A stretch of DNA of 64,000 nt from an uncultured Ginsengibacter sp. (GCA_964526985.1 CAZGNJ010000004.1:94618-158617); one strand, 5' to 3'. Shown: positions 30,062 to 40,274, counted from the first letter of the stretch. Program-made: numbers and translations. The notes: generated by a model not told the origin, from the sequence alone.

Positions 30062-31687
30062 TTAATTCCCTTTGCTTTCCATTCCTCTCTCCAGCATTTG
30101 ATGTATCATGGCTTCCAATACATCCTCATTACTTCCATCAGTACGGATATTCTTAAACACAATTTTTCCATCCTGGTCTATCAGGAAATTCACCGGAGCT
30201 GCGCCGCCATTGTCTAAGTTGCCTTTCTTTCTTCCTTCAAAATCTTCCAATGGCAAAAATGTGTATCCGCTGGATTTCATGAATGGAATGACATAATCAT
30301 TTTGTTCCGGCACAATGTTGATACCTACATAAGCAAAATCTTTTCCTTTGAACTTATCCACTACATTCTGAAAATGCGGAAACTCTCCCCTGCATGGCCC
30401 GCAACCGGGAAACCAGTAAGTCAACAAAACCACTTTGCCTTTGAAATCAGAGAGCGATGTTTTTCCCTTAGTGAAATAATTGTTCAGCGTAAATGGTGTG
30501 GCAGTCTTTGCAAGTGTATCCCTGATCTCCCACACATCATTCATAACCTGCGATGCATTCCTCCCTAACTGTGCTCCATATTTTTTCAAATCCTGTCCAA
30601 TCTCTGTTTCGGGCGATTTAGCATAGCTGAACTTTAAATCATCGTAAGCTTTCTCTACATTTCCTGAAGCGGCGAGTGCATTCGACTTCAGCAAGAGGAC
30701 TATATCTCTCGCGCTGGAATACCTGCCAAACTTCATGCTGTCCATTATAGCGATAGCTTCATTGTATTTCTGCTGTTTCATCAGACCTTTTATCTCAACA
30801 AGATCTTTGGCAGTAGCAGCAGATTGTTCCCAGCTTTTCTTATCTCTGCCTTCCTTCGAGATGGTGACCATATAATCAGCAAGGCTTTCAGCTTTTTCTG
30901 GTGATTGCTTTTGCAACAGTTCAAAATAATTGTACATGCCTGATGACGACCATCCAAATTTCGAAGGTGGAAACTTGTTTTTCAGCATTTCAAAATACTT
31001 CACCTTATCAGCATTGTCCTGGCTTCTCACCGCCACCCAATATAATGCCTGTGCGCCTCTCTCACTATCCGGAAATTTATCGGCAACTGCTTCACTCAAT
31101 GTTACATACTTTGCAAAATCTTTATCATCCCATGTACCTGCATAATAAAAAGCATAGTTTGGGTCATCCGGTTTTATTTCGGATGCTTTCCTGATATATT
31201 CTGCCCCTTTATCAAATTCACCCCATCTTTCCGCATCTATCCACAGGTCAAAATATGCCTTATCAAATTTCGGATCTATTGCAATCGCTTTCAGCAACCA
31301 GGGCTTTGCTTTCGGACTTTCTTTGTCAGCATAGGCATTGCCAAGCGCGTAAGGAAGTGCTGCAACTTTAGGATACTTCTTCATCCACTTTTCATACTGA
31401 TTGCTAATGGCAGGATCATCCTTAGCACCCCACTTTGTGAATCCGGATGCTTTGAGATAAGCTTCATGCAGATCAAGATTCGAAGGATTTTTTTCAATGG
31501 CCATTTTCAGGCTATCCATTGTTTTTCGGGAATCATCCTGAGCCTGGGCATGAAGGCAACACAGCAATAGGCCGATCACCAATGTGCTAAAAACAATTTT
31601 TAAATTTTTCATCAAGATTAGTTTTTTTGTGAAGAAATTATAAGCAGCATGTTGGTAAGGAGTTGAATAATTCTTTACTAACATCAT
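30062..31687 (-). CDS. TPR-repeat plus TlpA-like redoxin, paralog 1 (likely start 31612)
   Basis: Signal peptide; TPRs; KGKVVLLTYWFPGCGPCRGEFPHFQNVVD; AAPVNFLID. Confidence 0.9.
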   Translation of the reverse strand: MMLVKNYSTPYQHAAYNFFTKKLILMKNLKIVFSTLVIGLLLCCLHAQAQDDSRKTMDSLKMAIEKNPSNLDLHEAYLKASGFTKWGAKDDPAISNQYEKWMKKYPKVAALPYALGNAYADKESPKAKPWLLKAIAIDPKFDKAYFDLWIDAERWGEFDKGAEYIRKASEIKPDDPNYAFYYAGTWDDKDFAKYVTLSEAVADKFPDSERGAQALYWVAVRSQDNADKVKYFEMLKNKFPPSKFGWSSSGMYNYFELLQKQSPEKAESLADYMVTISKEGRDKKSWEQSAATAKDLVEIKGLMKQQKYNEAIAIMDSMKFGRYSSARDIVLLLKSNALAASGNVEKAYDDLKFSYAKSPETEIGQDLKKYGAQLGRNASQVMNDVWEIRDTLAKTATPFTLNNYFTKGKTSLSDFKGKVVLLTYWFPGCGPCRGEFPHFQNVVDKFKGKDFAYVGINIVPEQNDYVIPFMKSSGYTFLPLEDFEGRKKGNLDNGGAAPVNFLIDQDGKIVFKNIRTDGSNEDVLEAMIHQMLERGMESKGN

Positions 31688-31745
31688 ACTGAAATTCCAA
31701 TAATTAAAATTGAGGTTATCATTATTTTTAATTCATCATTAAGTC

Positions 31746-32888
31746 CTATTTAATAATATCACCCAATCGCTTTAACAAGTATTCACCATGCAGGCCTCTT
31801 TCTATAATTTTACCTTGCGGATCAATCAGGAAGTTATCAGGAATAGGTTGGACACCATATAATTCCGCAACCTTATTCGGCGACTTCAAATCCGAAATAT
31901 GTGTCCAGTGTAATTGATCTTTGGTGATCGCTTGCTTCCAACTCTTACTATCCTGATCTACGGAAACACTAATGATTGTAAAATTCTTGTCCTTGAACTT
32001 TTCATAAGCAGCTTTTAAAAACGGGTTATCCTTGCGGCAGGGGACACACCAGCTTGCCCAAAAATCCAATAAAACATATTTGCCTTTATAATCAGAAAGA
32101 GTAACAGGTTTCTTATTTACGTCATTCATTGTGAAGTCAGGAGCAGTCGCTCCAATCACACTTCTTTTTCTTCCTTCTATTTTTGTTGGCAACTTTGAAA
32201 GTATGGCTAACTGCTTTACCTTGTCCCCGAGATTATTGTAGTACGTTTCCAGTTGGGATACAGGAATGTTATCTGCGATCAGCATTAACAGCATTCCGCT
32301 GGCAAAGGAGTTCGGATGCTCTGCCACAAATTCATTTTCAAATAGGGCGACAGAATCTGTAAGTGCCACAATTTCATTCATTAAATTTTTATATTCCACA
32401 GATGATTTGTCAGTAATCGTTGCAATTTTCTTTTGGAGAACACTCCTGCGATCATAGTAAATATTCATTTTGCTCATCGCGTAATTGTATTCATCATTGC
32501 CAGTAGTTCCGTTTACAATTGTATGTGTGAGGTCCTTATTGTTTCCATTGATTGTAATATCTCCCTTTTCAATTAAGAAAGTGAAATTTCCATTTGTTGA
32601 CCTTCCGGCTGTTGTCTGGGCCCATACAAAGGAGGGGATAGACGCCGTACCCTTATAATGAAAATGATCATTTTTTGTAGGAATAATAATCATCTCCCGC
32701 TTTTGATTTTCGGAAAAGACACTCAGGAAAAGTGTATCATTATTCATCCCTTTTATCTGTCCTTTGATGGTATAGTTAAAGGAGGTTTGTCCGAAAACTG
32801 TTCCACCCAGTGTCAGACAGATTATTACTAGCAAAACTCTTAATTGCAAAAAGATCGAGACGAATCCAAAATTGACATTTAAAACCAT
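31746..32888 (-). CDS. DUF4369-type domain plus TlpA disulfide reductase
   Basis: YTIKGQIKG; IGATAPDFTMND; YKGKYVLLDFWASWCVPCRKDNP; QPIPDNFLID. Confidence 0.93.
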   Translation of the reverse strand: MVLNVNFGFVSIFLQLRVLLVIICLTLGGTVFGQTSFNYTIKGQIKGMNNDTLFLSVFSENQKREMIIIPTKNDHFHYKGTASIPSFVWAQTTAGRSTNGNFTFLIEKGDITINGNNKDLTHTIVNGTTGNDEYNYAMSKMNIYYDRRSVLQKKIATITDKSSVEYKNLMNEIVALTDSVALFENEFVAEHPNSFASGMLLMLIADNIPVSQLETYYNNLGDKVKQLAILSKLPTKIEGRKRSVIGATAPDFTMNDVNKKPVTLSDYKGKYVLLDFWASWCVPCRKDNPFLKAAYEKFKDKNFTIISVSVDQDSKSWKQAITKDQLHWTHISDLKSPNKVAELYGVQPIPDNFLIDPQGKIIERGLHGEYLLKRLGDIIK

Positions 32889-33050
32889 TTCTGTTATTAA
32901 TTAATAATTCTAAGGGATTATGCTCTAATAAGAATCATCCTTTTCAGATATTCGCGTCATACACTCGAACTATTCCGGCTTAAAGGGATGGATTTTTAAA
33001 GTAGCTTCCACCCCTTCCTTTCCTAAAGAGCACATTTTATTACTAAGATC

Positions 33051-34604
33051 CTAATAACTATTTTGTTCAATCACACCCTGGCTACTGATAATTTCAGTAC
33101 GAGGAATCGGTGTAGCATATCTTTTTGAATTCTTATCCAGCGTATAAGTAATTGGAGCCTGGTTTGCCTGCACACTTGATGCAGTGAATGGATAAAAAGT
33201 CTTGGTCACTACTACATCATCATTCGGATCATCATTATTGTTGATCCTGCGCAGATCGAACCAGCGCATAGTGAAAGGCATCTCTCTTCTTCTCTCTTCC
33301 AAAATAATTTTGATGGCTACATCTTTTGATTCAGCAGTGAGCGCCGGAGTACCTGTTTTCATTCTCTTGACACGAAGCATATTCAATGCAGACATAGCAC
33401 CAGGCACATCACCTGTACGTGCAAGGCACTCTGCTTTGATCAGGTACATTTCTGCAGTGGTAGGCCCGCTTGGTACCCTGTCTTTGAAAAAGAAGATATA
33501 ACCCGGATAGCTATAGGACGGTTTTACCATACCCCGGTCGTAAGAGTAATCTTCTACTATGTGATACTGATATCTGAGGTCATTGTCTTTATCATAGAGA
33601 TCGAGCAATTCCTGACTTGGCACATACCACCAATAACCGAAGTTCAACATTCTAAAGTACAGAAATTCTTTCCATCCGATCATATCAGTTACAGCTATCT
33701 GGTTGTCGTGGGTATAAGGATACTTTAAGGTTACCGTTTGCTGCTGTGGGGTGCCAGCGTCAACAGTTACTGACCTATCCCTCCCATAATACATTTCCGT
33801 ATTGTAATCTACGAGAACGTTATACTTGTCAAGAGCCGCGTTAGCGTATTTGAGCGCTTCCGTATAGTTATTTCTTTGCAAGTAATACCTGGCTGCAAAT
33901 CCATTCACTGCTGCGGTATTGGCTCTCCAGTTTCGGTTCACGCCATTTTGAACAAGTGCCACGTTTATCTTTAAAGCTTCAGCCAGGTCGGACTCTATCA
34001 GATCATACACTTCAGAAAGGGGCACTCTCTTCACATTCTCTTCAAAACTTACACTCTTTTTTAATGGGAGGCCAGGTGAATTTTTGTTAGCATCAGTATA
34101 AGGTAGGCAATAAGTATTGGCCAACTCAAAATAACTATATGCTCTGATAAAATGTGCATCTGCTCTTAAATTATCCTTATCAGTTGCCGGCCCTGAAACT
34201 TTGTCTAAGTTTGCTAAAACCATATTGGCTCTGAAAATTTTACCATATTCATCACTCCAGAAGGTACCGTTGTATCTATCATCTGAGATGAAATCATTCT
34301 CCCAAAACGCATACTGCGCTAATGGTACAGGGAAAATTCCCGGGTTGGCATTGTATAAGTCGAGAGCCAGGCCATAATCATCTGTACTGAGCATGGCTGT
34401 AAGGTTAGACTCTGAGTAAAATGAAGCATAATTGTTGAGAAGCGCATTCAACTGCTGCGTGGTAGTCACCACTAACGAAGTGGTTTTTGAAGGCTTCTCA
34501 TCAAGAAATTTCTTACACGACTGCGTGGTTATAACGAGCACAGCAACCATTGAGATGTTGAAAATATTTGAAATATTTTTTTTGAATGTGTTATACATGT
34601 TCAA
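33051..34604 (-). CDS. RagB/SusD family outer-membrane lipoprotein
   Basis: Lipobox TQSC followed by KKFLDEKP; WSDEYGKIFRAN; AHFIRAYSYFEL; EMYLIKAEC; EERRRE..RWFDLRR; directly after SusC. Confidence 0.93.
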   Translation of the reverse strand: MNMYNTFKKNISNIFNISMVAVLVITTQSCKKFLDEKPSKTTSLVVTTTQQLNALLNNYASFYSESNLTAMLSTDDYGLALDLYNANPGIFPVPLAQYAFWENDFISDDRYNGTFWSDEYGKIFRANMVLANLDKVSGPATDKDNLRADAHFIRAYSYFELANTYCLPYTDANKNSPGLPLKKSVSFEENVKRVPLSEVYDLIESDLAEALKINVALVQNGVNRNWRANTAAVNGFAARYYLQRNNYTEALKYANAALDKYNVLVDYNTEMYYGRDRSVTVDAGTPQQQTVTLKYPYTHDNQIAVTDMIGWKEFLYFRMLNFGYWWYVPSQELLDLYDKDNDLRYQYHIVEDYSYDRGMVKPSYSYPGYIFFFKDRVPSGPTTAEMYLIKAECLARTGDVPGAMSALNMLRVKRMKTGTPALTAESKDVAIKIILEERRREMPFTMRWFDLRRINNNDDPNDDVVVTKTFYPFTASSVQANQAPITYTLDKNSKRYATPIPRTEIISSQGVIEQNSY

Positions 34605-34610
34605 ATAGAT

Positions 34611-37600
34611 TTAAAAGGTGAATCTTGCGCCGAAAGTGTACTGAGGCATTGGTTTCATAAATCCTTTGGGATACTCCGGATCTTCGCCATATTTGTTGGC
34701 AAGGACAGTGAACAGGTTATTTCCCTGTGCATAGACTTTGAAATCACCCTTCATGCGAATTTTTTCCAGCAATCGGTGAGGAATGTTGTAGGTCAGGTTC
34801 ACTTCCTGCATTCTCAGGTGGGAAGCGCTTTGTACCAGATAGCTCATGAACGGATAGAAACGATCCCAGAAGTAAAACCTGCCTTCATCCTGGTTGAGGG
34901 GGAGTGGAACTACCTTATTCGGATCTCCATTCATTACTTCTGAGATTGCACTGTTAGGTAATACCCGGGTTGTCCACAAAGGAGGATAATTGAATGACAT
35001 CCTGTTAAACACATGGCCGAACTTGCCGGTAATAATGAATGAAAAGTCAAAATCATAAATCTTGAATTGGCTGGTAAATCCAAACCCGTAAGGTGCCACA
35101 GTAGTCCCCATATCAAGTAAGTAGTCGCGCCCATCGCCAGGTGTCCATGTTGAAAAGTCATATACATCTTTCCCTGAGCCTTTTACTGTAGGTTCTTTGT
35201 CGGACTCCCTGATTCCTGCATATTGAAAAGCCCAAAGCGTATTGGCGTTCTTGCCTTCAACATAGGCGGAAGTTCCTCCATAAAAGAGCGAGTAGGCAGC
35301 GTAGTTAGCTACAAACAGTTTGGTGATCTTATTACTGTTGTAGGAAAAGTTCATACTTCCCCGCCATACAATATCATTTCCTTTCAGTCTCGTTGTAGTA
35401 CCAAGGGTCAATTCAACTCCCCTGTTCGCCATCTCTGCATTGTTCAATTTTTGAGATGTGGTACCATTTGCTGCAGGAATTGAAATGACAGCAATCAAAT
35501 CTTTTCCTTGCTTATTATAAACATCCAGTTTTCCAAATAACTTGTTATTCAGCATACCAAAATCGATACCCAGATCCCAGGTTCCGGTACGCTCCCAGCG
35601 AAGAGTCGGGTTTCCAAAGCTTGAAATGGTTGCAGTAATATCTCCTGTATAAACATTGGGACTGGAACCCATAGAAATGAGTGGACGGAATGCAGTTGAT
35701 TTGTCAACATTACCGTTGTACCCATAAGTCAAACGAACACGCAGCATATCCAACCAGTTAGCACTTTTCATAAAATCTTCCCTTAGTATATTCCATCCTG
35801 CACCTATGCTCCAGAAGGGTTCATACCTGTATTTGGGATCATCGGTGATCAGGTTGGAAGCATCTGTTCTGGCACTACCTGAAATGGTATATTTCTTATT
35901 GAAGGTATAGGCAAGGTTGCCATATAAGGAGAAGTACCTGTCTGTCCTGTACGAAAAAGAATTTGTGTAGGAAAAGTTCTGAGTAAAACCCTGCCAATCG
36001 ATCAATCGATTTACTCCGCCCGGGCCATTTGGAAAATTTCCAACGGTTAATGTTTCGTCATTGTATCCGTAGGTAACAGGATATCCATTCGTTTGAGAAA
36101 CGATATTATTAATTTCCGAACCTGCAACAAGAGTAACCTCATGTTTGCCGGCAAATTCCCTGTTGAAGTTCAACTGATTTCTGAAATTGTACGCGTTCAC
36201 ATTCTGCCTGCTCTGGGTAAGGATACCTCCCATCGGTAGATTACGTGTAAATTTATTTGCAGCAGGATCCCACGTAGTGCTTTGATTCACTGTTTGCCTT
36301 ACATAAAATGTCTGGTCATTATACAATCCCCTGTTATCATAGGATATATACTCATACTGCAATTTACTGTCAAAACTTAATCCCCTTATGATATGAAATG
36401 TCAACCCACCCTGCAATCTCATATTGATTTGTTTGGTAGTAAGATTCCTGTTCCTCATTTCCTGCACGGGATTGTACGCCCAATTTGCATAAGGAAATTT
36501 ATCCATAGGCACATATCGCACCATCGCAGGCCAATAATACCGGTTGATATTGGTGTAGTTACCATCATTATCCAACAACATATCATAGGGAGCCAGCCCT
36601 TGAATATCATCTAATGACACACCACTATTGTGAATGTCATTGAACTGTACCATACCGTTTAGATTGAAATCAAGCCACTTGAAAACTCTCGCAGAAGAAC
36701 GATAGTTCAACATGTAGCGGTTGTTGTAAGTCCTGGTAAAGTTGGATTGATTGGTTTCATAGAGCAACGAAAACATGTTGCTCATGCGTTCACTACCACC
36801 ATAGAGTGTCAGGTTCACTTGCGTACTTGCCGGATTGGAAAGTAATAAATCAGAGATTTGTTTTTTATTGCTTAATCCTCTGAGTTTGTCCAGTTCTGTA
36901 TTCATCTCAGATTCTGTGAGGAACCCGAGATTGTATTCATTGATAGCTGTCGAAGCCGGAGAATAAGCGAAAAAAAAGTTATCAAGGCTTCCATTATTTA
37001 CAAGTGGGGACCAGTTCTTGCTAAAGAGGAGTTTTTCATAGTCAACAGTCTGAGAAGAGGATGCCAGAGGATTTACATAATCCAAATCAAATTTTTGCCC
37101 AACTCTTCTGAATACATTCAGATCAATTTTCAATGGCATCCCATTCTTTGCTCTCTTTGTCGTGATTACAATTACGCCATTTGCAGACCTTGCTCCCCAG
37201 ATAGAGGCTGCTGCTGCATCTTTCAATATGGTTACACTTTCCACATCATTTGGATTGATAGAATTCAAATCACCTTGTATGGCAAATCCATCTACAACAA
37301 TCAATGGCTGTGCATTTGCATATAAGCTTGTTTGCCCACGAATCTCAAAAGTAGGATTGCCATTTACATCCACAGTCGCCTGTACGCCTGCGGCCTGCCC
37401 GATCAATCGTGAACCAATATTGGTAGATGGGTTGTCCAACTGCTGTGTGTTGATAACATCAAATGAACCTGTGGCTCTTTCCTTAGAAATTGTTTGATAA
37501 CCTGTGCTCGCTACAACTATTTCTTGTTGCTTCGTAATATCTATGGACAATTTCACATTGATTTGTGCACGCCCTTTTACAGCAATAGTTTGGGAAGAAT

Positions 37601-38156
37601 ATCCTACTCTCGAAAAAACCAATGAACTGTTATTGTCCACAACGATAGAATATGAACCATCTGCTCCGGTGCTGGTTCCCTGGTTCGTGCCTTTCACAAC
37701 AACACTTACTCCTTCAAGAGGGTTTCCTTCTTCATCAGTCACAATTCCTGTAATCCTGATGGGTGGGGATGGCAGTGGTTCACTCAACTCCATTAACCGA
37801 TTCTCAACCGGTTTGTTAATTATGGTTACAGTCCTGTTCTCCATAATCCATGCTAAAGGCTGATCTTTTAAGGCTAAATCCAGGGCCTCTGTAACTGATA
37901 CCCCTTTGACATCGATGGTTACAGGTTTTGCCTTTTGGATCAGTCCCTGATCATAAAAGAAAACGTACCCGGTCTGGTCTTTGATTTCCTTAAAGACTTT
38001 GGTTAAAGACAGATCCTTTCCTGAAATGCTCACCTTCTGCGCATTCGTTTTAGCAGAAACATTCAGGAATCCCAAAATCATAAAAATTATCACAAACTTC
38101 ATAGACAGAAGGATTTGCCGTGGTACCGGCGGAACCCGGTAATAAGAAAAATGCAT
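34611..38156 (-). CDS. SusC/RagA TonB-dependent transducer with an N-terminal STN signalling domain
   Basis: STN (QKVSISGKDLSL..IKDQTGYVFFY); CarboxypepD-like domain (GNPLEGVSVVVKGT); plug PLIVVDG, ILKDAAAASIWGARSANGVIVITTK; C-terminal Phe. Confidence 0.96.
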   Translation of the reverse strand: MHFSYYRVPPVPRQILLSMKFVIIFMILGFLNVSAKTNAQKVSISGKDLSLTKVFKEIKDQTGYVFFYDQGLIQKAKPVTIDVKGVSVTEALDLALKDQPLAWIMENRTVTIINKPVENRLMELSEPLPSPPIRITGIVTDEEGNPLEGVSVVVKGTNQGTSTGADGSYSIVVDNNSSLVFSRVGYSSQTIAVKGRAQINVKLSIDITKQQEIVVASTGYQTISKERATGSFDVINTQQLDNPSTNIGSRLIGQAAGVQATVDVNGNPTFEIRGQTSLYANAQPLIVVDGFAIQGDLNSINPNDVESVTILKDAAAASIWGARSANGVIVITTKRAKNGMPLKIDLNVFRRVGQKFDLDYVNPLASSSQTVDYEKLLFSKNWSPLVNNGSLDNFFFAYSPASTAINEYNLGFLTESEMNTELDKLRGLSNKKQISDLLLSNPASTQVNLTLYGGSERMSNMFSLLYETNQSNFTRTYNNRYMLNYRSSARVFKWLDFNLNGMVQFNDIHNSGVSLDDIQGLAPYDMLLDNDGNYTNINRYYWPAMVRYVPMDKFPYANWAYNPVQEMRNRNLTTKQINMRLQGGLTFHIIRGLSFDSKLQYEYISYDNRGLYNDQTFYVRQTVNQSTTWDPAANKFTRNLPMGGILTQSRQNVNAYNFRNQLNFNREFAGKHEVTLVAGSEINNIVSQTNGYPVTYGYNDETLTVGNFPNGPGGVNRLIDWQGFTQNFSYTNSFSYRTDRYFSLYGNLAYTFNKKYTISGSARTDASNLITDDPKYRYEPFWSIGAGWNILREDFMKSANWLDMLRVRLTYGYNGNVDKSTAFRPLISMGSSPNVYTGDITATISSFGNPTLRWERTGTWDLGIDFGMLNNKLFGKLDVYNKQGKDLIAVISIPAANGTTSQKLNNAEMANRGVELTLGTTTRLKGNDIVWRGSMNFSYNSNKITKLFVANYAAYSLFYGGTSAYVEGKNANTLWAFQYAGIRESDKEPTVKGSGKDVYDFSTWTPGDGRDYLLDMGTTVAPYGFGFTSQFKIYDFDFSFIITGKFGHVFNRMSFNYPPLWTTRVLPNSAISEVMNGDPNKVVPLPLNQDEGRFYFWDRFYPFMSYLVQSASHLRMQEVNLTYNIPHRLLEKIRMKGDFKVYAQGNNLFTVLANKYGEDPEYPKGFMKPMPQYTFGARFTF

Positions 38157-38217
38157 AGATTTGGTTTTTAGTTTGAAATGAATGATACTAGCAAGTTTTA
38201 TTTTATTTTGAACGCTG

Positions 38218-38242
38218 CCGGAAATGTTCGCTGCATTTCCGG
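38218..38242 (-). promoter_or_regulatory. Hairpin between fecR and susC
   Basis: CCGGAAATG-7nt-CATTTCCGG; no U-tract on the coding (minus) strand. Confidence 0.55.
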
Positions 38243-38263
38243 TTTTGTTTTTCTTTAAATCCT

Positions 38264-39478
38264 TTATGGTGATACAATGATCTTCTTACCTACAATATTG
38301 AAGTGAATATTATTCTTACTCAATAAATTCAACACTTGTGAGAGTGAAAGGTTCCTTTGCATTTCCCCTTCAAACCTCCGGTCAGGAATATCTCCCTGGT
38401 AAATGACATCCACATCGTACCACCGGCTCAATTGTTTCATCACCATTTCCACATCTGCATGCCTGAAGAAGAAGTATCCGTTTTTCCAGGCCATTACTTC
38501 ATCTAAGTTTACATCGTTTAAAACTACGATGCCCTTATTCTGATTACTTGTCACAGCCTGCTGCCCCGGAGTGATCCTGCTTTTCTTGCCTGATGATTCA
38601 ACCGCAACTGAGCCTTCCAACAGTGTAGTCCTTGTTTCTCCATCATATCCTTTGATATTAAAATGAGTACCCAGCACTCTCACATCCGTATTATTTGCAG
38701 TAACAAAAAATGGCTTTGAAGCATCATGTGCTACTTCGAAATACGCTTCGCCTGTCATGGATACCTTTCTGTCATCACCAACAAAGGCTGTCGGAAATGT
38801 GACTGATGACTCCGCATTCAGCCACACCTTACTTCCATCAGCCAATACCAGTTGATATTGTCCGCCGCGGGGTGTTGAAACTGTGTTATAGGAAACTGTT
38901 GTATTGGATGAGGATGATGAAAAATCATATTCTATCTTACCATCTTTCAGTTTGGTAACGGTTACATTGCCCTGTTTGGAGATAGCGCCATTGTTTGCTG
39001 AATCCAATAATATTTTTGTTCCGTCTGCCAGAGTAAGAACTGCTTTGTTACCCCCCGGAGCCACATCCTGTCCTGTATTGGCCATTGACTGAGTCTGAAT
39101 CCTATTTTGGGAAGTCTTATTCTGATAAAAATATCCAACCAGGAGTATCAGCGCTACCGAAGCTGCGGCTGCATAAGCAATGATTCTTCCATACCTGCGG
39201 CCAGGATGCATTACTACTACATTATCACCTAACTGCTTTTGTATTTTTTCCCAAATTATTCGCTCTTTACCTTCTGCCGGTGTTGCATGGCTAAGTGTGA
39301 TTTCATCCAGTATAGCTCTCGCTTTTCGTATTTCATCTGCTTTATCAGGATTGGCCTCCTCGTAAGCATTCCAGAATTTTTCATTTTCCGCATCAGGGAA
39401 CTTTACCCACGAAATAAAATGATCATCTACTACGAACTCTGCCGCAGTATAATGAGCATATTCTTTGATTCTTGCCAT
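38264..39478 (-). CDS. FecR-family anti-sigma factor
   Basis: FVVDDHFISWV; TM AAAASVAL; TPRGGQYQLVLADGSKVWLNAES; GEAYFEV; VLGTHFN; AWKNG. Confidence 0.95.
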   Translation of the reverse strand: MARIKEYAHYTAAEFVVDDHFISWVKFPDAENEKFWNAYEEANPDKADEIRKARAILDEITLSHATPAEGKERIIWEKIQKQLGDNVVVMHPGRRYGRIIAYAAAASVALILLVGYFYQNKTSQNRIQTQSMANTGQDVAPGGNKAVLTLADGTKILLDSANNGAISKQGNVTVTKLKDGKIEYDFSSSSSNTTVSYNTVSTPRGGQYQLVLADGSKVWLNAESSVTFPTAFVGDDRKVSMTGEAYFEVAHDASKPFFVTANNTDVRVLGTHFNIKGYDGETRTTLLEGSVAVESSGKKSRITPGQQAVTSNQNKGIVVLNDVNLDEVMAWKNGYFFFRHADVEMVMKQLSRWYDVDVIYQGDIPDRRFEGEMQRNLSLSQVLNLLSKNNIHFNIVGKKIIVSP

Positions 39479-39552
39479 AATTTTCCTATTCCTTGTTAAT
39501 AAATTGAGGAATCGATTCAGGAAAATGCCCCACTAAATGGCAACTTTTTTTT

Positions 39553-40122
39553 TCAGAAACTACCAATAAAGAAAATGTTGAACAATTTCGACCCTAAAAT
39601 CATGCGCAATGCAATGATAGACCTGGCAGCGAGCTTGTAGGTAGCTCTGGTCTGCATGTTCATAATCTCGGCAATATGGTCATAAGAGAGGCCTTCAAAA
39701 AAACGGTAATAGACTATTTCTCTTTGGCGTGGAGTGAGTTCTTCAAGAGCTTTATTTATCCTGGAGGAAATGGCAGATGAATTTTCTCCTTCTATAACTC
39801 TTTGTTCTATCGAAACATCAAAATCAAATCGCATCACCTCTTCTTTATATATAGTACGAGAGCGCTCCCGAAACAATTGAATGACCTGGTTTCTGTATGC
39901 ACGCAGGAGATATGCTTTTTCCGATTGCGGAGTTGACATCCTGGCTCTGTATTTCCAAAGATTCAGAAAGGTCTCTTGTATGGCATCTTCCACGAGGTCG
40001 ACATCTTTGCTCATGCGCAATCCATAATTGTACAGATCATTAAAATATTTCTTGTACAATGCTTCTAACGCAGTAGTATCATCATCTTTTATTCTATCCC
40101 AAATCGCATTGGCTTCAGCCAT
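39553..40122 (-). CDS. ECF sigma-70 factor (Bacteroidota expansion family)
   Basis: ALEALYKKY..LYNYG; DAIQETFLNLW; LTPRQREIVYYRFFEGLSYDHIAEIM. Confidence 0.95.
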   Translation of the reverse strand: MAEANAIWDRIKDDDTTALEALYKKYFNDLYNYGLRMSKDVDLVEDAIQETFLNLWKYRARMSTPQSEKAYLLRAYRNQVIQLFRERSRTIYKEEVMRFDFDVSIEQRVIEGENSSAISSRINKALEELTPRQREIVYYRFFEGLSYDHIAEIMNMQTRATYKLAARSIIALRMILGSKLFNIFFIGSF

Positions 40123-40266
40123 TTTACACGTGGTTTGTCAATTACTGATTTGATGCGAAGGCGATATTTGCAACAATCCTCCAAGTATGCATGAAGTCAC
40201 AGGTTTCCTTGCTTTTACTATCATGCAGTGGCAAAAATCATTTAATATCCCCAACCAAACTGAATG

Positions 40267-40274
40267 CAAAGTTA
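40267..40274 (-). promoter_or_regulatory. -7 promoter box TAACTTTG upstream of the ECF sigma gene
   Basis: Matches TAnnTTTG; would imply a ~140-nt 5' UTR. Confidence 0.5.

Noticed and set aside
33051..40122. Classical polysaccharide utilisation locus
   Set aside because: No glycoside hydrolase, lyase, esterase or sulfatase is linked to the SusC/SusD pair
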